Below, one piece after another: positions 37,893 to 47,728 of a stretch of DNA of 51,652 bases. The position numbers and the translations under genes are program-made. The stretch lies in contig JAOZFH010000002.1 in the NCBI GenBank assembly GCA_027491415.1, positions 1 to 51,652 of the forward strand, read 5' to 3'. The DNA comes from Thermoproteota archaeon (GTDB taxonomy: Archaea > Korarchaeota > Korarchaeia > Korarchaeales > Korarchaeaceae). The number at the start of each line of letters is the position of its first letter. Within the stretch, counting starts at the first letter, position 1. The notes under the pieces are model-generated. The model was not told the origin of the DNA, did not search any database, and saw nothing but the letters and a program-made list of their open reading frames with translations.

Positions 37893-39896
37893 TTAGGAGC
37901 TGAGCCTCCTGTAGAGGACTGCTGCCAGCGCGCCGACTATCACAAGAGGGAGGGCGAGGAACCAGCGTGGGAGCACATTCACCCGCAGCTCACCATCTGC
38001 AAGGAGGTGTCCCTGGGCAAGGACCCGGACGTAGATCCAGTGGGTGCCCTCGAGGAGGGTAGTCGACACCGAAGCCTCTCCTCCTGGACCTACTGAGAGG
38101 TTCCTGGAGACAATCCGACTTCCGTCCACGAATACCTCCAGCGTGAGGTTGAGGGTGAGCTCGTACGGGTTCTCGACTGTCGCGGAGAGCCTCCAAGATC
38201 CTATCTCGAATCTGCCTGGAGTGGATATCCTCAGCGGGATGGTTGGGCCGATCACCGCGACGTTGACTTGCCTCACGGCGAGGGTAACGCCAGCCGGGCC
38301 CACGACCCTTATCGTCAAGTCGTAAAGCCCTGGATCGAGGGAGATCCTCCACGATTTATAGAGGACGCCCGGAGAGAGGTTCTGCTCGACCCCCTCTATC
38401 AGCTGGCTGCCTCCCTCTAGGACCTCTATCTTGACAGGGAACTCCAGTGGGTTGGGGTTGGTCAGCGCGACTGTGAGGTTCACGGGCTTTCCTGGTGCTG
38501 AAGAGACCCACGCGGCCAGGCTCAGGTTGGCGATCGACTCGATTCCAACCAGTGCGAAGGACTCCGAACGCAGGGCTGCGCACCGGAGCCTCAGCTCATG
38601 TCTGCCTGGAGAGGTGGTTAAGTTTAGGGGTATCTCGAAGACGCCGCTCGCCGGCACTCTGGCGGCCCCACTCCAGAGCTCCTCCCCGTCGAGCCAAGCG
38701 GAAAGGTTCGCTTCGACGTCTATAGGGAGGGGGTTCGTCAGGTTGACCCTGACTATCCCCCTTCCTTGCGGCAAGACCACGTACTCTGGGGCGATGATCT
38801 CGGTGGGCTTAGTTGCATAGGCTCTCACCCCAAAGAACCCCGACACGTATATCGCCTCTCCTGCCGGAGCCCAGGCCAAGGACAAGGCACCCTCCGGGAG
38901 TTAACCTGAGTCAAGAACAATACGGCCAGATGAGTCGAGTACGACCAGCCGCCTGTCGAGGAGGGCGGCCAGGACGCCTCCATTCGGGCTCCATCGGACT
39001 AGGTTGATCCCTCGACCTAGGGCCCCGGTGGACCAGACGACGCGTCCATGATCGTCGAGAAGGAGCACCTCACTCCCGGAGGCCGCAGCTAGGCCCTCGG
39101 GTCGCCAGTCGAGGGACGACACAGGGCCGGTCAGCGGGGCGGAGGTCCACAGGGTCCGCCCCGATCGGTCGTAACATGAGACCGTCAACGCCAGCTCCCC
39201 ACGGGTCGTCGAGAGGAAGCCCCCTGCCACTGAAGAACCGTCGGGACTCCACGAAACGGACCCCCTGTCGGACCCCAGGAACCTAGCCGTCCTGGGCGCG
39301 GTCGTCCAGGCCTGGACGCAGCCACGCTCAGTAGCCACTATCCTTCCGTTTCCCAGCGCAAAGGTCACCAACGCGCCGTCGGGCGACCAGTTAACTGCAG
39401 TAACGGGTGCCTCCGTCTCGAACCAGCACGTGAGCACCCCCACGGCCGAGACTAGCGCAAACAGGCCTCTACTCCCTGCCGCCTTAGAGGTCTTCGCACC
39501 GACGGCCAGCGTCGAGCAGTTCGGGCCCCAGGCGACAATCCCGCTCCAGGCACTTTCTTTCAGGGAAATAAACCATAGCTTAGCTCCCGACTGGTCGATC
39601 GCCGTGACTGAGTCCATTGAGAGAACCGCCACGAGCCCCTTGGCACAAGCGTCCACCGAGAGCGCCGGTCCGAGCTCAACGGACCACAGGTTCTCCCCGC
39701 TGGACGCGTTTAAGGCGAGTAGACCCTGCTCAGCTGCGACGTAGATGGTTTGGCCGTCCGGAGAGACGGCCAGATCGTATGCCGGCCCTAGATCATCCCT
39801 CTCCCACAGGAGGGGGGCTGTCTGCAGGGGCGCCGCGAGGGCCTGGACCGGGAGGATTAGCGCCAGTGCTGCAGCGAGGGCGATGGCTCCCCTCAC
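37893..39896 (-). pseudogene. Secreted WD40/PQQ beta-propeller protein with Ig-like domains and a C-terminal anchor, interrupted by one in-frame TAA (38901-38903)
   Basis: ORFs 38901-39896 and 37893-38885 share a frame: ...IVLDSG*LPEGALSLAWAPAG...; repeated WSPDG blades, signal peptide, C-terminal TM helix. Confidence 0.75.
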
Positions 39897-40059
39897 AGGT
39901 TAGCCGACCGTAAGAGAGCTTAATTTCGTTTTTGACGGCCATCCGGGGGACCTCTCCTCTGAATTCATGTGTGATCAGGTTCAGCGCGACGACCAATCGT
40001 CTATACCAACCGTGCCGAGCCCTATTAACCCGAGGGCGGCTTAAAGGATTGGTGATCGC

Positions 40060-41814
40060 ATGAGGCGAGCTCGCTTGCTCTGCCTCGTCCTCTTTCCAGT
40101 TATCCTCTTGGTGCTGCCGCTGCAGCTAGCGGAGGCCGCCCAGTCAACCGTCGAGGTAGAGGTCGCCGTCGACGTGTACATAGACGCCTACGACGGGGAG
40201 CTCGACATCACGATATCGGACCCGGACCTGAACTTCAAGCACGGCTCTGACCCCACCCTAATCGTGGGGAAGAGGAAGGAGAACGTCGAGTACGGCAGGA
40301 CGGCCTTCACGGACAACTGGCACGAGGGGTGCGGGTTGCTCGACGCGGAGTGCGTCGGACTCATGGGGGCCAACGAGTACAGGATCCTCCTGAGGCCCAG
40401 CCTGGACGGGATCTCCGGGGTGGTGACGTCGGCCAAGATCGTGCTCACCCTCAAGCAGATGGATCAGGATCACGACGTCGCGATCCTGGCCTACCCGCTG
40501 ACGGCCAACTTCAACGAGGCGGAGGCCACGTGGATCTACAGGGACTCAGGCGTGGAGTGGGCCAACGAGGGGGGCGACTACGACTCGTCCAACCTCCTGG
40601 ACCAGGTCGTGGTGGAGGCCGGATCGCCCCCAGGCACGGTGGTGGAGATAGACGTGACGGACTACGTCCGCGCGGTGAGGCAGGGCCAGTCCCGCAACTA
40701 CGGGATAATCCTCGTCCCCGGGGCAACCCTCGGGTGGGCCGAGTTCTACTCCACCGAGTCCTCGAATCCCAGGGGAAGGCCCAAGCTCGTGGTAGAGACC
40801 TCTCTCCTCGGGGGAGTTGTTGGGCCCCCCCAGCCGCCCGCCACGCAGCCTCCGTTTGGGGGCTGGACCGGGCCAGTGACCCCTCAGTTCTGGTACGTGT
40901 CGGCCTCGCCGTCCGAGGTCACCGTCCTGCAAGGGGCAAGCGTCACTGTGGACGTTAGCGTCGAGGCGCTTGGAGTGAGCCCCACGGTCACGCTCTCGGC
41001 CTCGGGGGTCCCGCCGGGATGCACAGTCAGCTTCAGCCAGACGAGTGGGACGGCCCCCTTCACGGCCAAGCTGAGGATATCCACGTCCAGCTCGACGCCA
41101 GAGGGGGGTTACAACGTAACCGTACAGGCGGTCTCCAGCTCTGGGGAGACGCGCTCCGCCACGCTGAGACTGAGGGTGGTGGGCAGGCCCACCCCAGACT
41201 TCAGGGTCATCGTTAGGCCTCCGGGCGGCGCGGTCCACTCAGGGGAGGCGATAACCTTCAAGGTGGCCGTGGCCCCGGTGTACGGGTTCTCCCAAGCCGT
41301 GACAGTCTCGCTGTTCGATCTCCCGGCCGACTGCTCCTACACGGCGTCGGGGGGCGGCGTCCCTCCACTAGAAGCGTGGGTCAACGTCTCCACCTCGGAA
41401 ACCACCCCACCCGGCGTCTACGAGCTGAGGGTCGAGGTGAGCGGGGGAGGCATCACCAAGGCTGAGAAGTTCGTCCTGATCGTGACGAGCCCCGAGGGAG
41501 CCCAGCAGGGTGCGCAGCCTCCCACGGCAGGGCCGGGAGGTGGCGGAGAGCAGGGGTCTGGCGAGGGGGCCCAGCAGGGAGGAGAAGGCGCGCCCCCGGT
41601 GAGCGGAAGGCCTGAGGAGTCGCCTCGACCCTCTCCACCGACAACTCAGGGGCCCGTCGGGGGGGGTGAGACCGCGTCTCCTAGTGGAGGTTCCCGGGGC
41701 ACCGTGACCCTGCCTGTAGTGGGGGTGACGCTGCCCGTCTGGCTGGCGATCAGTCTGGGGGTGGGGATCCTCCTGTTAATCGCGGGAATCGCTCTGTCAG
41801 CCAGGAAATCCTAA
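40060..41814 (+). CDS. Secreted DNRLRE-domain surface protein with Ig-like repeats and a C-terminal anchor
   Basis: FNEAEATW, WANEGGDY, IDVTDYV, NYGIIL, FYSTES..RPKLVV; two Ser/Thr-rich repeats (TP.G.Y), Pro/Gly linker, TM helix. Confidence 0.75.
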   Translation: MRRARLLCLVLFPVILLVLPLQLAEAAQSTVEVEVAVDVYIDAYDGELDITISDPDLNFKHGSDPTLIVGKRKENVEYGRTAFTDNWHEGCGLLDAECVGLMGANEYRILLRPSLDGISGVVTSAKIVLTLKQMDQDHDVAILAYPLTANFNEAEATWIYRDSGVEWANEGGDYDSSNLLDQVVVEAGSPPGTVVEIDVTDYVRAVRQGQSRNYGIILVPGATLGWAEFYSTESSNPRGRPKLVVETSLLGGVVGPPQPPATQPPFGGWTGPVTPQFWYVSASPSEVTVLQGASVTVDVSVEALGVSPTVTLSASGVPPGCTVSFSQTSGTAPFTAKLRISTSSSTPEGGYNVTVQAVSSSGETRSATLRLRVVGRPTPDFRVIVRPPGGAVHSGEAITFKVAVAPVYGFSQAVTVSLFDLPADCSYTASGGGVPPLEAWVNVSTSETTPPGVYELRVEVSGGGITKAEKFVLIVTSPEGAQQGAQPPTAGPGGGGEQGSGEGAQQGGEGAPPVSGRPEESPRPSPPTTQGPVGGGETASPSGGSRGTVTLPVVGVTLPVWLAISLGVGILLLIAGIALSARKS

Positions 41815-41816
41815 GC

Positions 41817-41823
41817 TTTTTTT
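41817..41823 (+). terminator. Oligo-T terminator candidate
   Basis: T7 run 3 nt after the stop codon of 40060-41814. Confidence 0.45.
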
Positions 41824-41932
41824 AATCTCCCCGCAATTCCATGTAGCGCGCCTGCTCTTACGGTGTTGGGCTGCGTAATGCCGACCCATTAGGGCAAGCG
41901 GCGGTGGCGAGGTGTTCGTCCTACACGACTTT

Positions 41933-42583
41933 ATGAGGACCCTGCTGCTGGCCCTGGCCGCGCTGATCCTCCGCTTGCTCACAGGCGTCCAGGTCGTTAG
42001 GCAGGATCATCCGGCTCTTTGTCAAATTCCCAGCCCCCTCCTTCCTCGTGAGGTTCATCGACAACCCGATTAGGCGGAGAGTTCAGCCGCCCGAGGTTGT
42101 GGTCAGCTGGATGGACGTAGGGGAGGGCATGAGAGTTCTAGAGGTGGGACCGGGGTCTGGAACCTTCACTCTCGAGGCGGCGAGGCGAGTGGGGGGTGGC
42201 GGAGCGGTGTTCGCCGTGGACATCCAGGCGTCAGTCCTCTCTATGCTCAATGCCAGGCTGAAGAGAGAGGGAGTCTCTAGCGTCGAGCCGGTGCCTGCGT
42301 CAGCGTACAGCCTCCCCTTTCGGAGCGGAGCGTTCGATAGGGTGTACATGATTGCCGTTCTGGCCGAGATTCCGGACAAAGTGAGGGCACTCCTCAAGGT
42401 TAAGAGGGTCTTGAGAGATGACGGCCTACTTGCGATAGGGGAGATCCTCTTTGACCCCGACTATCCCAGGAGGACGACCGTGATACGCTGGTGCAGAGAG
42501 GCTGGCTTCGAGCTGGTTCGATCCCACGGGGAATTCTACACTACCTCCTCGTGTTCAAGAACTCAAACGGCGGCCCCAACTAG
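41933..42583 (+). pseudogene. Class I SAM-dependent methyltransferase with two apparent frameshifts
   Basis: VLEVGPGSG, AVDIQ, LPFRSGAFDRV. The N-terminal TM segment (ATG 41933) is out of frame near 41999, and the C-terminal ILHYLLVFK is out of frame at the G-run near 42528-42531. Confidence 0.65.
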
Positions 42584-42715
42584 GCTCGATGCGCGGTCGG
42601 GAGGGGGAACTCCCGTCGCACTATGGTCGGTTGTATGCAAAACCGCGGCGAGCGAGGACCCCGCCCTGGGCAGGGTCGAGAACTGTATTAAATACGGCTG
42701 GCTCGATCTCGCCAA

Positions 42716-43621
42716 TTGTTGAGGGTCCTTCGGCCCTTCGACCCTTGGAAGAGCCCGCTGTGCACCTGTCCGCCTCAGCTCACGCTCAACCCCTACACCG
42801 GCTGCGGTCACAGATGCGCCTACTGCTACATCACGGCATACGTGAGGGACGCCTTCAACCCCAGGCCCAAGAGAGACCTCATCGCCCGGCTGATCTCCGA
42901 CATTAAGCGCCTGAGGCCCGGCACCCTCGTCTCCATGAGCCTCAGCTCCGACCCCTACACCCCCCCAGAGGGGGAGCTGGGGCTGACGGGGCGGGCCCTA
43001 GACCTCTTGCTCAGGGCCGGCGCTAGGGTCCTCGTGGTGACCAAGTCAAGCCTGGTGGTCAGGGACGCCGACGTTCTCTCCCGTGGGCGAGCGGCGGTCA
43101 TGCTCACCGTTACGACGCCCAACGAGGACGTGGCGTCTAGGCTGGAGCCCGGGGCCCCCCCGCCGGGCGACAGGTTCGAGGCCATGGCACACCTTACGGC
43201 GACCGGAGTCCCGGTGGGGCTCAGGCTGGACCCGATCATACCGGGCGTTAACGACTCCCCCGAGGATGTCAGGGAGATCCTGAGGTCGGCGAGGAGCGCC
43301 GGCGCCTCTCACGTGGTCTCTTCCACCTACAAGGCCAGGCCCGGCAGCATGAAGCGCCTCCTTGAGGCCCTACCCGAGGCCGCAGAGGCGCTGAGATCGG
43401 CATACCGTGGAGGAGAGAGGGTTGGGGGTTACGTGTACCTCCCGAGGTCCGAGAGGGTTCGGCTGATGGAGATCGTGAGGAGGGAGGCCCTCGAGCTCGG
43501 GATGACCTTCGCCACCTGCAGAGAGGGGCTCCACCACATGAACACCCCCGGGGTCGCCTGCGACGGGTCCCACCTTACACTGGCCGCGCGGCGGCCGGGC
43601 GTGGCGGAAAAGGGATATTAG
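42716..43621 (+). CDS. SPL-like (Rv2578c-type) radical SAM protein
   Basis: NPYTGCGHRCAYCY CxxxCxxC, SSDPY, VTKS, LEPGAP...R, DPIIPGVND. Confidence 0.88.
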   Translation: MLRVLRPFDPWKSPLCTCPPQLTLNPYTGCGHRCAYCYITAYVRDAFNPRPKRDLIARLISDIKRLRPGTLVSMSLSSDPYTPPEGELGLTGRALDLLLRAGARVLVVTKSSLVVRDADVLSRGRAAVMLTVTTPNEDVASRLEPGAPPPGDRFEAMAHLTATGVPVGLRLDPIIPGVNDSPEDVREILRSARSAGASHVVSSTYKARPGSMKRLLEALPEAAEALRSAYRGGERVGGYVYLPRSERVRLMEIVRREALELGMTFATCREGLHHMNTPGVACDGSHLTLAARRPGVAEKGY

Positions 43622-43642
43622 GAAGACTGTAGAGCCGACCAC

Positions 43643-44290
43643 TTGCCGGGTGCGTCTGGGTTGGGGCTGCACGCGTTCTTCGTTTTTGACGCGTTCACCG
43701 AGTTCTTCAGCGCGCTTACAGCCCTCTTCGTGGCTTACTACTCCCTGAAGGCCTACAAGATCCTGGACGACTCCCGGATGATCTCCCTCAACCTGGGGTT
43801 CTCCGTGCTGGGCGTAGGCATGTTGATTCACGGGGCCGTCAAGGTCAGGATAGCCTTGGCCGTCCTGTCGGGAGTGGCCGTCCCGCCAGCCAGGAGGCTT
43901 CCCCTGGTCAGGCTAGGTTACACCATCGCCTTTGCCACCGAGCTGGCCGCCTACGCTCTGATATTCCTCTCGACGATGAGGAGGCCCCCGTCGACGGAGG
44001 CCGCCCTCGTCCCGCCCCTTGTGACCCCCCTGATCGAGTACGACTTCCGCTCCGAGGGCCTGCTGGCCGCTCTGGCCTTGTTGATCGCGATCAAGGCTGG
44101 GATCAGCTATGCCCAGGGAGATTCTAGGCTCGCGGGGTTGGTGTCGCTGGGCTTCGCGCTGCTGGCTGCTGCCCACCTGCTATTGGTCTTCGGCGGACCT
44201 CTGAAGCTGGTCGCTGCGGACGTGACGAGGCTGCTCGGGTTCGCGTGCCTGCTCTGGATGGTAATCAGGGTGAGCCGGGTGAGAGCATGA
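43643..44290 (+). CDS. Integral membrane protein of unknown function
   Basis: Roughly six hydrophobic segments; coupled to the downstream regulator by an ATGA overlap. Confidence 0.65.
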   Translation: MPGASGLGLHAFFVFDAFTEFFSALTALFVAYYSLKAYKILDDSRMISLNLGFSVLGVGMLIHGAVKVRIALAVLSGVAVPPARRLPLVRLGYTIAFATELAAYALIFLSTMRRPPSTEAALVPPLVTPLIEYDFRSEGLLAALALLIAIKAGISYAQGDSRLAGLVSLGFALLAAAHLLLVFGGPLKLVAADVTRLLGFACLLWMVIRVSRVRA

Positions 44291-44574
44291 CGGCCAGGCA
44301 GAGGTACAGGTCCAAGATGAGGATCTGCTACGACATGCTGAGGGTCATACAGGAGGAGGGCGGAGAGGCAGGCCCCACCCGGATTCTCTACGGCGCGAAC
44401 CTCTCCTACGAGAGGCTCAAGAGGTACCTCGCCGAGCTGATCGAGAAGGGCCTCATTGAGGAGGTGGAGAGAGACGGAAAGAGGATATACAGGCTGACGG
44501 ACAGCGGGCGGATGTTCATCATCCACTTCAGGAAGATGACGGAGTTCGCGAAGGCCTTCGGAATGATCCTATGA
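44287..44574 (+). CDS. Archaeal winged-HTH transcriptional regulator (COG3432-like)
   Basis: RSKMRICYDML, TRILYGANLSY..LKRYL..L...GLI, YRLTDSG. Confidence 0.85.
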   Translation: MTARQRYRSKMRICYDMLRVIQEEGGEAGPTRILYGANLSYERLKRYLAELIEKGLIEEVERDGKRIYRLTDSGRMFIIHFRKMTEFAKAFGMIL

Positions 44575-44639
44575 TCTCGTCGCTAGGCCTCCCGACCGAC
44601 CGCCCAGGTCGCCAGCGAGAGGCGCGCCGCGGTGCGCTG

Positions 44640-45400
44640 GTCCGAACTCCACGTGGAGGCCAGGGGTACGTCCTGTATCGCGCCCTAGCCTCGCCGGCCC
44701 TGATCACGTGGTACGCGCTCCCCCTCTACCTGATGAAGATGGACTACGGCGTCTTGGAGGTCGGGGCCACGTCCACGGCCGCGACCTGTTGAGCGTTCCG
44801 TTCACCGTTCTGCTGGGCAGGAGGTTCACGAGGGTCGACCTGAGGCTTGGGCTGGCCGCCATAGACCTGATGGAGGCGGTCTCCCTCGCCCTCTTCTCAA
44901 TGGCGTACGGTCCGCTGGCCCCCCTGCTCGTTCTGGCGTGGCAGCTGGTGGACGAGGCATCCAGCGTGCTCTATTCCCTCTATCCTGCCTGCGAGAGGAT
45001 CGTGTACCCGGAGGAGAAGTTGAGGGAGGCCATGCTGTGGCACATGGCGGGGCCCGAGCTGTCGGTGGTCCTCACCTACCCGGCGCTCGGCTACGTCCTG
45101 GGGCGGGTCTGCGGTGCCCCCTCCCGCCTAAGACAGGCCTTCGCGGCCTTTGCAGCTACCAGCTGCTCCTGATACCCTAAACCCTCTTGGCGCTCAGGCC
45201 CGTGGTCGTAGAGGGTAAGAGAGATGGCCGGGGGGGAGGGGGAAGGGGAGGGTGAGGGGGAGCGTGGGGATCTGTGGAGGAGGTATGGAGTCTACGTGGT
45301 CCCCGACATCCTCTTCGTCCTGAGCCGAGGCCTGGCCCGAGCTTGGCCATGGTCTACCTTGATATGGAGAGTTTTGCGCGCGTGACGGTCATAACTTGAC
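44640..45400 (+). pseudogene. Degenerate MFS transporter fragment (approximate boundaries)
   Basis: Hydrophobic MFS-like segments spread over several frames (WYALPLYL..GVLEVG; LLSVPFTVLLG...YPACERIVYP), with stops at 44792, 45172 and 45180; incomplete. Confidence 0.6.
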
Positions 45401-45673
45401 TGAGGAGGGTTCATCAACTCTGGAGAGCGTGAGCGGCTGGTCGACTGGCGTGCGGGGGCCTCGAAGGTTGCTTCCTGTGTAAATCCCTGCCCTACCCACC
45501 TTTTCGCAATTCAGTGGACCCATGTAGAAGCCTTCGCTGTACAGAGGCCTCGCCCGTTACCAAAGGCAATTTTAGTCTGAAAAGCCCTTGCCGGACTGTG
45601 TAGGGCGGTCGGGACTCGCTCACCATCCGCCAGTAAAACTTCTCCGCAGCCAGAGAGCCCCGGAGACTCGGAA

Positions 45674-45916
45674 GTGCAAACTTTTCACCTGACCGAGGAG
45701 CAGAGGGCAATATTCAGGATAGCGTCTTCGCTGTCCAGGGTAAACGACGCCATAGAGGTGCTGGAGGACTCCCCGGACGAGCTGCTGGCCGCCAGCGAGG
45801 TCCTCAACCTCCCCGAACTCCAAGCCTACGCCTACACCATCCGCCACGTCGTCGGCATACTCTACGCTCTGCGCGAGAGGCTGGACTCGCTGATCACGGG
45901 AGGCGATGGAGAGTGA
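45674..45916 (+). CDS. Hypothetical helical protein (element)
   Basis: 80-aa ORF coupled to the next gene by a GTGA overlap. Confidence 0.65.
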   Translation: MQTFHLTEEQRAIFRIASSLSRVNDAIEVLEDSPDELLAASEVLNLPELQAYAYTIRHVVGILYALRERLDSLITGGDGE

Positions 45917-46227
45917 GGGCAAGGAGGTACCTCCGCATTCGAATCGGCGGCAGGGAACCCCTGGACGGGGGCGACTTCTGGGGAGTGGACATCTACCGAG
46001 AGGGCAAGAGGCGGTACTGGCTGGTGTACTGGGAGGTCGCAGCTGAGAGGATGCTGGCCGAGGACGAGAGCGGCTGGCTGGAGACTTGGTTCGGCCCGTT
46101 CGTCAGCACCAGCGAGGCCATGAGGTGGTGGGACAGCGTCCCCGAGTACGCTGGCAGGAAGCTCCTGAGCGAGGCCCCTCCACTCCCGAGGGAGGGGAGG
46201 CCCCCGCTGCCCGCCCTGGGGAGGTGA
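45913..46227 (+). CDS. Hypothetical Trp-rich protein (element)
   Basis: 104-aa ORF with GGAGG RBS and overlapping start. Confidence 0.65.
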   Translation: MRARRYLRIRIGGREPLDGGDFWGVDIYREGKRRYWLVYWEVAAERMLAEDESGWLETWFGPFVSTSEAMRWWDSVPEYAGRKLLSEAPPLPREGRPPLPALGR

Positions 46228-46231
46228 CCGC

Positions 46232-46498
46232 ATGACCTGCGACAGGGACAGGCTCACCGCGGCCCTCGCGAGCGTCTTGGTCGCGCTGACGACGGCCTCC
46301 TGCCTCACGTGGGACAGCGCGGAGAGGATGCTGGAGGACTGGCTCAATGAGCTGAGGAGGTGCGGCCTGCTGTCGACGCTCGACAGCCACTACGTGATGG
46401 CCTTCGCTCGAGAGGCCCTGCAGAACAGGGACCTAGCCGACACCTGGCCGGAGGTGCTCGCCAAGCTCCTCGAGGAGAGCGAGGGTGATGAGGAATGA
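46232..46498 (+). CDS. Hypothetical protein (element)
   Basis: 88-aa ORF with GGAGGTGA RBS. Confidence 0.65.
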   Translation: MTCDRDRLTAALASVLVALTTASCLTWDSAERMLEDWLNELRRCGLLSTLDSHYVMAFAREALQNRDLADTWPEVLAKLLEESEGDEE

Positions 46499-46836
46499 CC
46501 GCCAGGGATGACCTCATCGCGGAACTCACATCCAAGGCCGTGCTGGTCCCCGAGGACTGGACGGACAGGGTGATAGCGCTGCTGGACTTCACCTCAGAGC
46601 TGACCAGCGTGGTCGAGATCGAGGTGAGGTGGGGCTCCTGGCGCATCTTCGCCGACGAGCGCACCCTCTGGGTCGTCCGAGACGACGACCTCAGGGCGGT
46701 CTGGGCCGTAGACCTGGACTCCTTGGCAGGCGCCGACGAGCTGCAGGACTGGATAGACCACCCGGACCAGTTCCTCAGCCAGTGGACCGAGCTGATCGTC
46801 AAACTGATCGGTAGGGAGGCGATGGATGGTGGCTGA
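46495..46836 (+). CDS. Hypothetical acidic protein (element)
   Basis: 113-aa ORF with ATGA overlap and GGTGA RBS. Confidence 0.65.
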   Translation: MTARDDLIAELTSKAVLVPEDWTDRVIALLDFTSELTSVVEIEVRWGSWRIFADERTLWVVRDDDLRAVWAVDLDSLAGADELQDWIDHPDQFLSQWTELIVKLIGREAMDGG

Positions 46837-47281
46837 CTTCACGAGGGTCGAGCTGGTCCTCTACCTCGACCGCTACGCGTACCCCAAGCACGGGATGCTC
46901 TGGATAGCCAAGGTCCCGGTGAATGGCAGGAGGTGCATCCGCTCCCTCCGCAGGGGGCAGAAGGCGGCGGTTCCCCTGATCTCCTGGGCCGCCGACGGCC
47001 TCAGGAGACTCCTACACAACCTGGTCAGGCGCGGGGGAGCGCGGTTCGTCGACCACCACTGGCACGGCAGGAGGAGCGTGGCGGTGGTGTTCGACGTGCC
47101 CCCCTCCGTCTCACGCGCGCTCGACAGACTCGCCGAGCTGAGGTTCCGCTACATGGGGCTGGATGGGGAGGACAGGATCGAGGCGTGGAGGGCGTACGAC
47201 CGCTTCGTCCGCTCGCTGCTGGACTGCCAGAGCCAGCGAGACTTCGAGGAGTTGCTCGGCCTCGAGGTGACTGCCCGATGA
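46826..47281 (+). CDS. Hypothetical basic protein (element)
   Basis: 151-aa ORF with GGAGG RBS. Confidence 0.65.
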   Translation: MVADFTRVELVLYLDRYAYPKHGMLWIAKVPVNGRRCIRSLRRGQKAAVPLISWAADGLRRLLHNLVRRGGARFVDHHWHGRRSVAVVFDVPPSVSRALDRLAELRFRYMGLDGEDRIEAWRAYDRFVRSLLDCQSQRDFEELLGLEVTAR

Positions 47282-47478
47282 GGTGGGGCGGCTCCTACAC
47301 GTACTCGCGCGTCCGCGTTCAGATCCTGCACTGCCCCGTCTGCGGCGCTCAGTACCGCCACTATAACATCACGAAGCGGGAGCTTCTGCGCGAGGCCAAG
47401 GAGGAGCCAGAGCTGATGATCTGCAGGCGCTGCGGGGCCAGGCTCGAATGGGCTGGAGCGAGGTGGGAGCGTGTCTGA
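47278..47478 (+). CDS. Small zinc-ribbon protein (element)
   Basis: 66 aa from the ATG at 47278; CPVCG...CRRCG; GAGGTGA RBS. Confidence 0.7.
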   Translation: MRWGGSYTYSRVRVQILHCPVCGAQYRHYNITKRELLREAKEEPELMICRRCGARLEWAGARWERV

Positions 47479-47728
47479 GGAAGAAGTGCCAAACGAGTGG
47501 AACCTGATGCAGCCCCCCGTCCCGGAGGACGCCGACGCCTGCGTCGACCAGTACGAGCCGGAGGATCTCTCGGAGCAGATCTGGGCGATTAACGAGGCCG
47601 CCGAGGAGAGGAACATCCACCCAGTCTGCGCAATGTGCGTCCATGACTGCAAGAAACCCTACTCCTGGTGGAGCTTCCAGATGCCGCCGTGGATGTTCTG
47701 CGAGGACTGGGAGGGAGATGAGGAGTGA
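47471..47728 (+). CDS. Small acidic Cys-rich protein (element)
   Basis: 85 aa with HPVCAMCVHDCKK...FCEDW. Confidence 0.65.
   Translation: MSEEEVPNEWNLMQPPVPEDADACVDQYEPEDLSEQIWAINEAAEERNIHPVCAMCVHDCKKPYSWWSFQMPPWMFCEDWEGDEE

Noticed and set aside
38901-38903. Selenocysteine or pyrrolysine recoding of the in-frame stop
   Set aside because: The codon is TAA, and the position is a non-catalytic propeller loop.
41900-41950. Fluoride riboswitch-like GGCGAGGTGTTCGTC
   Set aside because: Lacks the conserved GATGG and the downstream pseudoknot partner; no crcB or related gene follows.
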